IMG/VR virus record: IMGVR_UViG_3300033562_000027
Location: 1-30,353 of that record
From: a virus
Lineage: Duplodnaviria > Caudoviricetes
Reading direction: 5' to 3' (one strand)
DNA: 30,353 nt
Under the pieces are notes generated by a model, which saw only the letters and a program-made list of their open reading frames with translations, was not told the DNA's origin and searched no databases. The position numbers were made by a program, and so were the translations under genes. Of the stretch, positions 1 through 8,820 are shown piece by piece. Numbering within the stretch: the stretch's first letter is position 1; the number at the start of each line of letters is the position of its first letter.

Positions 1-1506
1 GATTCGGTTGATATTCACGGCTCAATGGACCTTGAAACCAGAGAGCATCGGGTTATGGACTTTGCACATGGCCGGATAAAGCTGTTCGCTACAAAACCTA
101 TCTTGTCGGGATCAGGCTGTAACTTTCAGCGGCACTGCCACCGGGCCATATTTACCGGAATAGGCTATAAATTCAACGACTTCGTGCAAGCCATACACCG
201 GGTGCACCGCTTTTTACAGCATCAGCCGGTGCGGATCGACATCATTTACACAGAGTCAGAAAAAGCCGTTCTCAACACCCTGCTTGAGAAGTGGCAACAG
301 CATAATGAGCTTGTCGAGAACATGACTAAGATCATCAGAGAATACGGCCTTGCAACCACCTGTGCCGTTGACAAGATGGCCCGTCAGATCGGCGTAGAGC
401 GCAGAGTTGCCAAGGGTGAGCATTACACTTTTGTAAACAACGACTGTGTTCTTGAGGCTGCAAGCATGGCCGAAAACAGCGTTGACCTGATTCACACGTC
501 AATACCGTTTTCAAACCACTATGAATACACACCTTCGTACAACGACTTCGGTCACAACCAGAACAACGACAGGTTCTTTGAGCAAATGGACTTTTTGACA
601 CCTCAATTGTTGCGGGTTTTGAAGCCTGGACGTGTTGCTGCAATTCACGTCAAAGACCGTGTCATGTTCGGCAATGCAACAGGTACCGGTATGCCTACCA
701 TTGACCCATTCCATGTTGATTGTATCCAGCATTACCGGCGACATGGCTTTCAGTATTTCGGCATGATTACCGTTGTTACCGATGTTGTCAGGGAGAACAA
801 CCAAACCTACCGCCTGGGATGGACAGAGTGCTGCAAGGACGGTTCTAAAATGGGCGTTGGTTGCCCTGAATATGTTCTGTTGTTTCGTAAACTGCCGACT
901 GATACCAGCCGGGCGTATGCCGATGTTCCGGTATCAAAAAGCAAAGAAGAATACACTCGCGCACAATGGCAGCTTGACGCTCATGCTTATTGGAGATCTT
1001 CCGGCAACAGGCTTTTAACCACAGATGAGCTGGCCAACACCTCTATATCAGACCTGCAAAGAGTTTACAGGGAACAATCCAGGAATGCAGTTTACAACTA
1101 TCAGCAGCACGTTGAACTTGCAAAGCGTCTTGATGATGATGGCCGGTTGCCGTCAACCTTTATGGTAGTGGCACCAGGGAGCCATACCGACGAAGTATGG
1201 GATGATGTAAACCGTATGCGTACCCTGAATGGTGAGCAGGTACGGCGCAATGTTCAGATGCACGTCTGCCCTTTGCAATTCGATATTGTGGAGAGGATCA
1301 TCAACCGATTCAGCAACAAAGGAGATCTTGTTTTCGATCCTTTCGGGGGCATCTCAACCGTACCGTACATGGCCGTTAAAATGGGGCGTAATGGTTACGG
1401 TTCAGAACTAAACCCTGACTACTGGAAAGACGGCTGCGGTTATCTCAAAAATGCAGAACTTGAGGCTGATATGCCTACTCTATTTGACTTGATGGAGGCC
1501 GCATGA
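1..1506 (+). CDS. SF2/SNF2-type helicase C-terminal domain fused to an N6/N4 DNA methyltransferase (5'-truncated by the window)
   Basis: The frame is open from base 1 (DSVDIHGSM...). Helicase motifs V/VI (TKPILSGSGCNFQ, FVQAIHRVHRFLQ) are followed by beta-class MTase motif IV-like TSIPF and the SAM-binding motif I DPFGGIST. Confidence 0.85.
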   Translation, partial: DSVDIHGSMDLETREHRVMDFAHGRIKLFATKPILSGSGCNFQRHCHRAIFTGIGYKFNDFVQAIHRVHRFLQHQPVRIDIIYTESEKAVLNTLLEKWQQHNELVENMTKIIREYGLATTCAVDKMARQIGVERRVAKGEHYTFVNNDCVLEAASMAENSVDLIHTSIPFSNHYEYTPSYNDFGHNQNNDRFFEQMDFLTPQLLRVLKPGRVAAIHVKDRVMFGNATGTGMPTIDPFHVDCIQHYRRHGFQYFGMITVVTDVVRENNQTYRLGWTECCKDGSKMGVGCPEYVLLFRKLPTDTSRAYADVPVSKSKEEYTRAQWQLDAHAYWRSSGNRLLTTDELANTSISDLQRVYREQSRNAVYNYQQHVELAKRLDDDGRLPSTFMVVAPGSHTDEVWDDVNRMRTLNGEQVRRNVQMHVCPLQFDIVERIINRFSNKGDLVFDPFGGISTVPYMAVKMGRNGYGSELNPDYWKDGCGYLKNAELEADMPTLFDLMEAA

Positions 1507-1781
1507 GTAACGGTCATTTTTACCGATTCCCGCGAACTATATTCACTGACACCAATACTCCGATAGAACAACTTATTCATGTTCTTGGTGAAGTTCACGA
1601 GGCAATGGTTGATTCACGATGCAACAACTTTGCATGTTTAAAAGAGTTGATGGACGTGATCCATTCAGCAGAAACAGCAATAAGAATCATCGAAGAAATG
1701 ACTCCAGGTATCAACCTTGATTCCATGCTGCAAGGCACTATCAAAAAGAATATGGATCGTGGTTATTACGGGGGTAAGTGA
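1503..1781 (+). CDS. MazG-like all-alpha NTP pyrophosphohydrolase
   Basis: Acidic helical motifs (HVLGEVHEA, KELMDVIHSAET) and a C-terminal KKNMDRGYY, typical of small phage MazG-like proteins. ATGA overlap with the upstream gene. Confidence 0.6.
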   Translation: MSNGHFYRFPRTIFTDTNTPIEQLIHVLGEVHEAMVDSRCNNFACLKELMDVIHSAETAIRIIEEMTPGINLDSMLQGTIKKNMDRGYYGGK

Positions 1782-2509
1782 TGGAAATAAAAATAAAGAA
1801 CTGGAATAAATTTCAACATTTTAAAGACCGTAGACCACCGTGGATAAAACTATACAGAGACATCCTTGATGACCCTGAATGGTTCTCACTTGATCCGTTG
1901 GCTGCAAAGGTACTTGTGATGCTCTGGGTGATGGCAAGTGAGGATCATGGAACTTTGCCTGATATCAAAAAGATATCATTCCGATTACGACTTGATATCA
2001 ACATGATATCAACCATATTAATTCAATTAAATCACTGGGTTGAATGTGATGATATCAACATGATATCAGACCGATATCAACATGATACACCAGAGAGAGA
2101 GAGAGAGACATATAAACCAGAGACAGAGACAGAGACAGAGACAGAAGAAGCTGGTCAAATCACTTCTGTCGTTCCGCTGAAGCGTTCACGACCAGCTACA
2201 AAAAAATCAGTGCTGTCTGATGAAGATTGGATGCAATCACTAATCGACAATCCGGCGTATGTCCATATCAACGTGCCGGTTGAATTTGGAAAGATGGCTG
2301 CATGGTGTGAGACAAAGGGTAAGCAGCCGACAAGATCGCGGTTCCTCAACTGGCTGAACAGGATTGAAAAACCGATTAAGGGCGTGACTGTGCAACGGCA
2401 AGGGCCGGTAACTTTTCATCAGCAGCAGGTAGAAAATATCAAGAACGCTATGAGGGGGGCAATGGATGACCAAACAGGATTGGCATGCATTCAATTTATT
2501 GATGGGTGA
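1778..2509 (+). CDS. Phage replication initiator protein
   Basis: N-terminal IKNWNKFQHFKDRRPPWIKLY wHTH-type start, internal iteron array, ETETETE linker and C-terminal FLNWLNR domain. Followed by a loader-like gene. Confidence 0.75.
   Translation: MMEIKIKNWNKFQHFKDRRPPWIKLYRDILDDPEWFSLDPLAAKVLVMLWVMASEDHGTLPDIKKISFRLRLDINMISTILIQLNHWVECDDINMISDRYQHDTPERERETYKPETETETETEEAGQITSVVPLKRSRPATKKSVLSDEDWMQSLIDNPAYVHINVPVEFGKMAAWCETKGKQPTRSRFLNWLNRIEKPIKGVTVQRQGPVTFHQQQVENIKNAMRGAMDDQTGLACIQFIDG
1961..2150. repeat. Putative replication origin: GATATCA iterons plus a purine-rich (AG)n/(GAGACA)n tract
   Basis: GATATC at 1961, 1972, 1994, 2005, 2051, 2062 and 2073, with degenerate GATACA at 2084, mostly on an 11-bp period. 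A purine-rich tract follows at ~2092-2150. The layout resembles the lambda O-gene origin. Confidence 0.7.
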
Positions 2510-2807
2510 AATGGCTCTGGCGTTTCGTACTGACATCAGCCAGGAGTCAATCAAGGTTTATGGTAAGCACCTGGCTGACTATTCGATTGAGGCGGTATCA
2601 AGCGCAGTTTCAAAAGCGATCCAGACCGGAGAAAAGTTTCCGGGTATTAAAACGCTCAGGGAGTTGGCAAACAGCTACCGACCGCCAACCAACCGTCAAC
2701 CGGTGAGTGAGTCAATCCAGATTTCAGAGTTTACGGAAACAGAAATAGAGGAAAGTAAACAAAACATAGCTGACATCATCAAAGGGCTTGCCGTTTCTAT
2801 GGGGTAA
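2466..2807 (+). CDS. Putative replicative helicase loader/inhibitor-like protein
   Basis: Small helical protein overlapping the end of the initiator gene, with a 'Y..HLADYS.EAV..A...AI....KFP' pattern typical of the second phage replication gene. Confidence 0.5.
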   Translation: MTKQDWHAFNLLMGEMALAFRTDISQESIKVYGKHLADYSIEAVSSAVSKAIQTGEKFPGIKTLRELANSYRPPTNRQPVSESIQISEFTETEIEESKQNIADIIKGLAVSMG

Positions 2808-2902
2808 ATTTCAAGCGTGATTGATTTTTAATGGTTGATCTATACCATCATAAGGGCGGCAAAATAAAAACGGCTTAAAACGGCTTATATTTGAGGTGGA
2901 GA

Positions 2903-3010
2903 ATGAATGAAATATGGTGGGGGGGGAATATGACATACATCAAGAAGCAATGGCCTTTTATGTTGGGCGGTCTGTTAGTGGGGTACTTTATAGCAGAATG
3001 GCTGAGGTGA
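2903..3010 (+). CDS. Small single-TM peptide (35 aa; alternative start 2930)
   Basis: Not in the ORF track. GAGGTGG RBS upstream. Translates to MNEIWWGGNMTYIKKQWPFMLGGLLVGYFIAEWLR. Confidence 0.45.
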   Translation: MNEIWWGGNMTYIKKQWPFMLGGLLVGYFIAEWLR

Positions 3011-3013
3011 TAA

Positions 3014-3169
3014 ATGGCAAGTAGCGAGAAGAGGCTGACAAGACAGCAGATAGCCGAGGCTATGCGTAAAGCGTGTGAGCATGAGCCTTGTTACCCGGTG
3101 CAAAACGGGAGCTATGGGGTGTGTGCGATCTGTCTGAATAGGGGTAAGCCGGTGACTAGTAAGACATAA
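3014..3169 (+). CDS. Small Cys/His-rich (possible Zn-binding) protein, 51 aa
   Basis: Not in the ORF track. GAGGTG RBS upstream. Translates to MASSEKRLTRQQIAEAMRKACEHEPCYPVQNGSYGVCAICLNRGKPVTSKT and ends just before a terminator. Confidence 0.55.
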   Translation: MASSEKRLTRQQIAEAMRKACEHEPCYPVQNGSYGVCAICLNRGKPVTSKT

Positions 3170-3190
3170 ATATGAGTCCGACAATCTTTT

Positions 3191-3220
3191 AAAGGTCATC
3201 AGAAATGGTGGCCTTTTTTT
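3191..3220 (+). terminator. Rho-independent terminator ending the early/replication operon
   Basis: AAGGTCATCA-GAAA-TGGTGGCCTT hairpin (with G:U pairs) running into a T tract. Confidence 0.75.
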
Positions 3221-3233
3221 ATTGTCTGAATCC

Positions 3234-3272
3234 TTGACAAAGTGAGTAGAAATATTACACACTGTGTGTCAA
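3234..3272. promoter_or_regulatory. Possible promoter/operator region
   Basis: TTGACA (3234-3239) and its inverse TGTCAA (3267-3272) bracket the palindrome ACACAC-T-GTGTGT (3257-3269). The -10 boxes are imperfect. Confidence 0.35.
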
Positions 3273-3292
3273 TAAACTACACAGGTGAGTTA

Positions 3293-3526
3293 ATGCGAGT
3301 TTATATCGGAGTGTCTGCCAAGGGTGCAAGAGTTGGTGAATGCCATCAGTGCAGTAAAATCTCCGATGCTACAGTGGATTTGATAAGAGAGATGCACGAA
3401 GACAGGGGCAGGAGTTATGCAGTCATTGCCAGGGTGTTGAAGATATCGATTCATACTGTTGCCAAGATATGCAGGTATGAGCGCAGGGCCAATACACCGG
3501 ACAGATACATTTGCATAGATGTGTAG
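3293..3526 (+). CDS. HTH DNA-binding protein (likely start 3293)
   Basis: AGGTGAG RBS. GECHQCSKISDATVDLIR followed by a SYAVIARVLKISIHTVAKIC helix-turn-helix. Confidence 0.65.
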   Translation: MRVYIGVSAKGARVGECHQCSKISDATVDLIREMHEDRGRSYAVIARVLKISIHTVAKICRYERRANTPDRYICIDV

Positions 3527-3574
3527 TGTTAAAAAGTTACTCAGTTTACAATTATTATTAATTAGGTGACAACT

Positions 3575-3826
3575 ATGGCTTTTAAAAAAGGACAGGTGGC
3601 TAATCCCAAGGGTAGACCAAAGGGAGCTTTGCACAAGACTACCACTGAACTGAAGGACATGATTCTGAATGCTCTCAACAAAGCTGGTGGCGAAGAGTAT
3701 CTTTTGGATCAGGCAAGAAACAACCCTGGCCCGTTCATGTCACTGGTCGGAAAGATATTGCCAAAGGACATCAACGCCAAAGTAGAAGGGCAGGTTACTA
3801 TCAATCTGGTGAATGAATTTGAGTGA
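3575..3826 (+). CDS. terS: Terminase small subunit (likely start 3575)
   Basis: FKKGQVANPKGRPKG motif, directly upstream of and overlapping TerL. Confidence 0.7.
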   Translation: MAFKKGQVANPKGRPKGALHKTTTELKDMILNALNKAGGEEYLLDQARNNPGPFMSLVGKILPKDINAKVEGQVTINLVNEFE

Positions 3827-5156
3827 GCCGATCCGACTGGGGTATCCGATGCGTAAGTGGCAGCGTGAATGCTCTGACCTTTCAGTCGGCAAGCGATTCA
3901 TGGTGCTGGTGCTACATCGCCGGGCAGGTAAAACAGAACTGGCTTTGAAGAAACTGAACAATGCGGCTTTCAAGAACAACCTTGAATTGCCGCTTTATTT
4001 TTATGTGGCACCGCTACTCAAACAAGCCAAGACCATTGCCTGGACTCGCCTAAAGCAGATGGTAGCTCCTCTCCTAACGTTTCATGTCGAGATCAACGAA
4101 GCAGAACTGTTCATCAAGTACAAACACAACGGGGCAGTGATCAGGCTCTATGGTGGTGACAATCCAGATGCAATGAGGGGCGTGAGGCTTGACGGTGTTG
4201 TTATCGATGAGATCGCCCAGATCAAACCTGAAGTATGGGAAGAGATCATTCAGCCTGCCCTGTCTGATCGTAAGGGATGGGCATGGTGTCTGGGTACTCC
4301 GAAGGGAATAAACCTGTTCAGTGCGCTGTACTTTGCCGCTGAAGACCGACCTGATTGGGGCAGGGCTAGATATACCTGCTACGACACTGATGCATTGCCT
4401 GCTGACGAGATAGAACGACTGCGCTCTGAAATGTCAGAGTCGGCATTTGCCCGTGAGATGCTGTGTGACTTCACTGCTGCTGGCGAAGATCAGTTGATGT
4501 CGCTGACTGATGTAGAGAATGCATGCCGTGTTGAGTACAAGCCAGGAGAGATGGATTACGCTCCGAAGATCCTTGGCGTTGACCCTGCCAGGTTTGGCAA
4601 TGACAGATCAGTTATATTCCCCAGGCAGGGATTACAGTCATTAGATCCGATGGTTTACAGGGGCATAGATAACATGGAGTTTGCCGGACGTATTGCCGTT
4701 AAGATTGACCAGTGGAAACCTGATGCCGTGTTTATCGATGCAGGAGCAGGGGCGGGAGTGATCGACAGGCTCCGACAGTTGGGCCACGATGTGATGGAAG
4801 TGAACTTCGGCGGCAAGTCATCAGATCCACGATTTGTCAACAAGCGCACCGAGATGTGGCATTTACTGGCTGATGCTATCAGATCAGGGCTGTCCATTCC
4901 CAACAACAACAACCTCAAGCTGGAGCTTGCCACTCCATCCTACCGTTTCGACCAGCAGAATAGAATCTGTCTTGAATCCAAAGACGACATCAAGAAGCGT
5001 ATGCCAGATGCAGCCTCACCTGACCTGGCTGATGCTCTGGCACTAACCTATGCCCAACCAGTAGCCAAAGCCAAACTGTTCTCTAAGCCTCACTCAAGAG
5101 ACTACGACCCCTATGCCATAAAAAGCAGCGCACATACATCTACAGTGTTCGGTTAA
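3813..5156 (+). CDS. terL: Terminase large subunit
   Basis: Walker A HRRAGKT, Walker B VVIDE, coupling motif GTP, nuclease motifs GVDPARFGND and SPDLADALAL. Confidence 0.95.
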   Translation: MNLSEPIRLGYPMRKWQRECSDLSVGKRFMVLVLHRRAGKTELALKKLNNAAFKNNLELPLYFYVAPLLKQAKTIAWTRLKQMVAPLLTFHVEINEAELFIKYKHNGAVIRLYGGDNPDAMRGVRLDGVVIDEIAQIKPEVWEEIIQPALSDRKGWAWCLGTPKGINLFSALYFAAEDRPDWGRARYTCYDTDALPADEIERLRSEMSESAFAREMLCDFTAAGEDQLMSLTDVENACRVEYKPGEMDYAPKILGVDPARFGNDRSVIFPRQGLQSLDPMVYRGIDNMEFAGRIAVKIDQWKPDAVFIDAGAGAGVIDRLRQLGHDVMEVNFGGKSSDPRFVNKRTEMWHLLADAIRSGLSIPNNNNLKLELATPSYRFDQQNRICLESKDDIKKRMPDAASPDLADALALTYAQPVAKAKLFSKPHSRDYDPYAIKSSAHTSTVFG

Positions 5157-5160
5157 GGTG
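5127..5160 (+). promoter_or_regulatory. Putative late promoter copy 1: AGCGCACATAC-N16-TAAGGTG
   Basis: Same 11-mer and 16-nt spacing as the copies at 13382 and 28781. The ATG at 5166 lies 7 nt after the hexamer. Confidence 0.7.
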
Positions 5161-5165
5161 GCACC

Positions 5166-5600
5166 ATGATCGAGATAAAGCCCTGCACCATTACAGAAAT
5201 AGAGATGTCAGGCCTTGCCGATGAATATGCATCCTATGCCGTAGATGGACTGCCAGCACCTAATCCTCAATGGGATTGTTACCGGCAAATGGAAGCGCAA
5301 GACGCTATCTGTTCTGTTGGGGCATACGAGAGTGGCAAACTGATTGGGTTTATTGTCATGCTTGTGCATGTTTCTCTGCATTATGGAGTCAAGATAGCTA
5401 TGGCAGAATCCATATTTGTGGCCCATGAGTATCGTAAAACAGGGGCTGGCATCAAGTTAATCAGATCGTTTGACCAGTTTGCCAATATGAGTCAAGCAAA
5501 AGCGTCCATCGTGACCGCTCCGACTGGCGGTGAATTGGACAAGGTATTGTCAAAGGCTGGTTATATCAATACTCACACGACCTATGTAAAGGCCATCTAA
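5166..5600 (+). CDS. GNAT-family acetyltransferase
   Basis: Acetyl-CoA-binding motif A (IFVAHEYRKTGAGIKLI), a GKLIGF strand and a C-terminal KAGY. Confidence 0.8.
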   Translation: MIEIKPCTITEIEMSGLADEYASYAVDGLPAPNPQWDCYRQMEAQDAICSVGAYESGKLIGFIVMLVHVSLHYGVKIAMAESIFVAHEYRKTGAGIKLIRSFDQFANMSQAKASIVTAPTGGELDKVLSKAGYINTHTTYVKAI

Positions 5601-6052
5601 TGCATTTAGTGCCGAGTGGAACAATGGTTCCTGCCACAACTGGCGAAGGGCTGAAGAAGATCAGGGCATTAAAGGAACTGCTCATCCAGCTACCGCAGGA
5701 AGAGTTTACAACCTGGCACACGCTCCATGCCGGTATTTATTCAAGAACGGTGCTGGTAAAAGCCGGAATAATAATGGCCGGAGTATCCATCAAGATACCA
5801 ACCACGCTGGTTTTATGCGGTGATGCATCCCTTACGGTGGGTGAAGATGTAGTCAGGGTGTCAGGCTACATGGTTGTTCCGGCGGAAGCGAACAGAGAAC
5901 AGGCAATCGTTGCCCACTCAGATACATGGGTAACAATGCAGTTTACCACTGACGCGCAAACAATAGAAGCGGCAGAAGAACAGTTTACTGATGAGGCGCA
6001 TCTGCTGCTGTCGAGGACGCAAACGAATATAGTTACCATCACGGGGGTTTGA
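5600..6052 (+). CDS. Hypothetical phage protein, cupin/beta-barrel-like
   Basis: HTLHAGIYSRTV...AHSDTWVT beta-rich pattern. Translationally coupled to its neighbours. Confidence 0.55.
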   Translation: MHLVPSGTMVPATTGEGLKKIRALKELLIQLPQEEFTTWHTLHAGIYSRTVLVKAGIIMAGVSIKIPTTLVLCGDASLTVGEDVVRVSGYMVVPAEANREQAIVAHSDTWVTMQFTTDAQTIEAAEEQFTDEAHLLLSRTQTNIVTITGV

Positions 6053-6053
6053 T

Positions 6054-6389
6054 ATGTCAGGAACAGCAATGATAGTGGCAGCAGTGGCAGCAGTGGCATC
6101 AGTAGGTGTGTCAGCTTATTCGTCTGTTGCTCAATCTGAAGCGGCATCAGAATCCAGATCCGCCCAAGATAAAGCCCAGAACCAGGCAAAGGCCGATGCA
6201 GACAAGCAGGCCAAGCTCAGTGATGAGGCTAACAACTATGCAAACCGTAGGCAGGCAAATCCAAATGCCATTCTTTCAGCCGCACAACAGGCAGCTAAGA
6301 CAGGTGGCGGTTCTACCATGCTGACTGGCGCGCAGGGTGTTGCTGCTTCTGATATGACACTGGGCAAGACCAACCTGTTGGGTGCTTAA
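6054..6389 (+). CDS. Small Ala/Gln-rich virion protein preceding the portal
   Basis: Hydrophobic small-residue N-terminus, coiled coil and STMLTG...LGKTNLLG C-terminus, typical of the pre-portal gene in this phage group. Confidence 0.6.
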   Translation: MSGTAMIVAAVAAVASVGVSAYSSVAQSEAASESRSAQDKAQNQAKADADKQAKLSDEANNYANRRQANPNAILSAAQQAAKTGGGSTMLTGAQGVAASDMTLGKTNLLGA

Positions 6390-8081
6390 ATGGATACCAA
6401 GTCCAGACAGCCGACTATCAATGCTCCAGAGCGCGACAAGCTGATCACCAGGTGGGGGCATCTCAAGCAAGAGAGGGCATCATTCTGGAGTCACTGGCAG
6501 GAGTTGAGCAGATATATTCTGCCACGGTCTGGCCGTTTCTTTACCCAGGACAGGAACAAGGGAGAGAAACGACACAACTCCATCTATGATAACACCGGCA
6601 CAAGGTCGCTCAAGATTCTTGGTGCAGGTATGATGGCCGGAGCAACAAGCCCTGCCCGCCCTTGGTTTAGGCTTGGTGTGGCAGATCCTGAACTTAACAA
6701 GTCCAATCCGGTTAAGACCTGGCTGCACGAAGTAGAAGAGATGATGCGTAGAGTCTTCCAGCAATCCAACACCTATCGCTCCCTGCATACCATTTATGAA
6801 GAGCTTGGCACGTTTGGTACTGCATCAGCACTGGTGCTGCCGGATTACGACAAGATTATTCACCACTATCCTATGACCTGCGGTGAATATGCCATTGCCA
6901 CTGACTATCAGGGCAAAGTCAATACTCATTATCGTGAGTTCCAGAAGCCTGTTGTGGATGTGGTTAAGGAATTCGGATACGACAACTGCTCTCAGTATGT
7001 CAGAGATATGTACAACAGGGGCAACCTGGACGCGTGGGTTACACTGATTCATGCCATAGAGCCACGCACTGACAGGGATCTCAAGAGCAAGTCAAGCAAG
7101 CAGATGGCATTTGGTTCCTATTACTTTGAGCTTGGCGGGGAAAAGGGCAAGTATCTCCGCGAGTCTGGGTTCCAAGAGTTCCCTGGTGTAGTGCCTAGAT
7201 GGGCCACTGCCGGTGGTGACATATACGGCAACTCTCCAGGTATGGAAGCATTGGGGGATATTCGCCAGCTTCAACATGAACAGCTCCGCAAAGGTCAGGG
7301 CATAGATTACAACACTCTGCCTCCGATACAAGTTCCAACATCATTAAAGAACAGGGAAGTGGATACGCTGCCTGGTGGCGTTACCTACTTTGACCCTGCA
7401 TCACCTCAACAGGGCATCAGATCACTCTGGGAAGTTCGCACCGACATGAGCCATCTGCTTGCCGACATTCAAGACGTGAGAGAGCGCATCAGATCTGCAT
7501 TTTACGCTGATCTGTTCCTTATGCTGGCAAATGCCACTGACACCAGAATGACTGCCACAGAAGTTGCAGAGCGGCACGAAGAGAAGTTGCTGATGCTTGG
7601 CCCAGTCATGGAGCGACTACACAATGAGTTGCTTGACCCGCTGATCAGCATGACATTCACCCGCATGCTTGAGGCAGGAATACTGCCTCCACCGCCTGAA
7701 GAGTTAAACGGTGTGCAGGTAGATGTAGAGTTCATCAGCATGCTGGCACAGGCACAGAAAGCAATAGGGGCTAACTCAGTTGACAAGTTCATGGGTGGCA
7801 TAGGGATGGTGGCACAGTTCAAGCCAGGTGTGCTTGACAAGGTTGACGAGGATTATTGGGCAGATGCCTATGCCGATATGTTGGGAGTTGATCCAAACCT
7901 TATCGTTGCCAGTGACAAGGTAGCAGTCATCCGCCAGCAGAGAGCCAAGCAGCAACAGGACGCTATGCAGGCGGAGCAGGCACAGCAACAGGCACAGACT
8001 GCAAAAACAATGTCAGATACCCAGGTGGGTGATGGTAATGCGCTTGAGGGCATACTCTCCCAGTTTAGCGGGTACACCTAA
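6390..8081 (+). CDS. Portal / head-tail connector (T7 gp8 / BPP-1 Bbp21-like)
   Basis: 563 aa, with TSPARPWF, YGNSPGMEALGD and MTATEVAERHEEKLLMLGPV motifs. Confidence 0.93.
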   Translation: MDTKSRQPTINAPERDKLITRWGHLKQERASFWSHWQELSRYILPRSGRFFTQDRNKGEKRHNSIYDNTGTRSLKILGAGMMAGATSPARPWFRLGVADPELNKSNPVKTWLHEVEEMMRRVFQQSNTYRSLHTIYEELGTFGTASALVLPDYDKIIHHYPMTCGEYAIATDYQGKVNTHYREFQKPVVDVVKEFGYDNCSQYVRDMYNRGNLDAWVTLIHAIEPRTDRDLKSKSSKQMAFGSYYFELGGEKGKYLRESGFQEFPGVVPRWATAGGDIYGNSPGMEALGDIRQLQHEQLRKGQGIDYNTLPPIQVPTSLKNREVDTLPGGVTYFDPASPQQGIRSLWEVRTDMSHLLADIQDVRERIRSAFYADLFLMLANATDTRMTATEVAERHEEKLLMLGPVMERLHNELLDPLISMTFTRMLEAGILPPPPEELNGVQVDVEFISMLAQAQKAIGANSVDKFMGGIGMVAQFKPGVLDKVDEDYWADAYADMLGVDPNLIVASDKVAVIRQQRAKQQQDAMQAEQAQQQAQTAKTMSDTQVGDGNALEGILSQFSGYT

Positions 8082-8731
8082 TGATGAAGCCATGCCGTGG
8101 TGCAGTACCTGATGGATGGGTGAGATCGGCAGTACCTGGCTGGATTCAGCCTGCCCCAGTCGAGCCTGAACCAGATCCGATACCAGGCCCAGAAGGGCCA
8201 TCCGGCAAAGATGGCATAGATGGTAAAGACGGAGTTGATGGCAAAGATGGTGCTGACGGTAAAGACGGCAAGGATGGCATTAACGGACGCGATGGGAAAG
8301 ACGGCAAGAACGGCAAGGATGGAAAGCAGGGGCCAATAGGTAAGTCAGGGAAAGACGGCAAAAATGGATCAGACGGGCTTGCAGGAGTTGGCATTGCAGA
8401 CATTATAGGTTTCGGTCACGACCTGATCATCAAAATGACTGACGGCAGTGAAAAGAGATTCAGGTTGCCAAGTTCGTCATCATCATTCGGCGGTGGCAGT
8501 TCATCAATCAGTACCGTGGAGGAAGAAGTGGTTTATTCAACCAACTACGACAAAGTGAGTGACACCATTGCCTACGTTGGCGAAGCACTGCCAGGTTCAC
8601 CAACAAGCGCATCGGTGTGGAGAATCAAACGACTTGATACTGCTGACGGTGATCTGGTCACTACCTGGGCTGATGGCGTGGCCGACTTTACGCATATCTG
8701 GGATAACCGGCTAACACTTAATTATTCATAA
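8081..8731 (+). CDS. Collagen-like repeat protein
   Basis: About 22 contiguous Gly-X-Y triplets (mostly GKD) at 8186-8383, a Ser/Gly linker and a C-terminal YVGEA.PG....WRIKR...WDNR domain. Confidence 0.75.
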   Translation: MMKPCRGAVPDGWVRSAVPGWIQPAPVEPEPDPIPGPEGPSGKDGIDGKDGVDGKDGADGKDGKDGINGRDGKDGKNGKDGKQGPIGKSGKDGKNGSDGLAGVGIADIIGFGHDLIIKMTDGSEKRFRLPSSSSSFGGGSSSISTVEEEVVYSTNYDKVSDTIAYVGEALPGSPTSASVWRIKRLDTADGDLVTTWADGVADFTHIWDNRLTLNYS

Positions 8732-8820
8732 GAGAACACCATGTCACTATCCAACACTATATTGTGAAACTTGATAGTTGTTCAAATCAGCTTGACAAGG
8801 CTCTGGGAGCATATCGCTAA

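Noticed and set aside
1961-2150. CRISPR-like array
   Set aside because: The repeats are 6-11 bp, in frame within a CDS and lack spacers of CRISPR length. They are iteron-like instead.
6074-6100. GTGGCAGCA tandem repeat
   Set aside because: It encodes low-complexity VAA repeats, with no evidence of a separate function.
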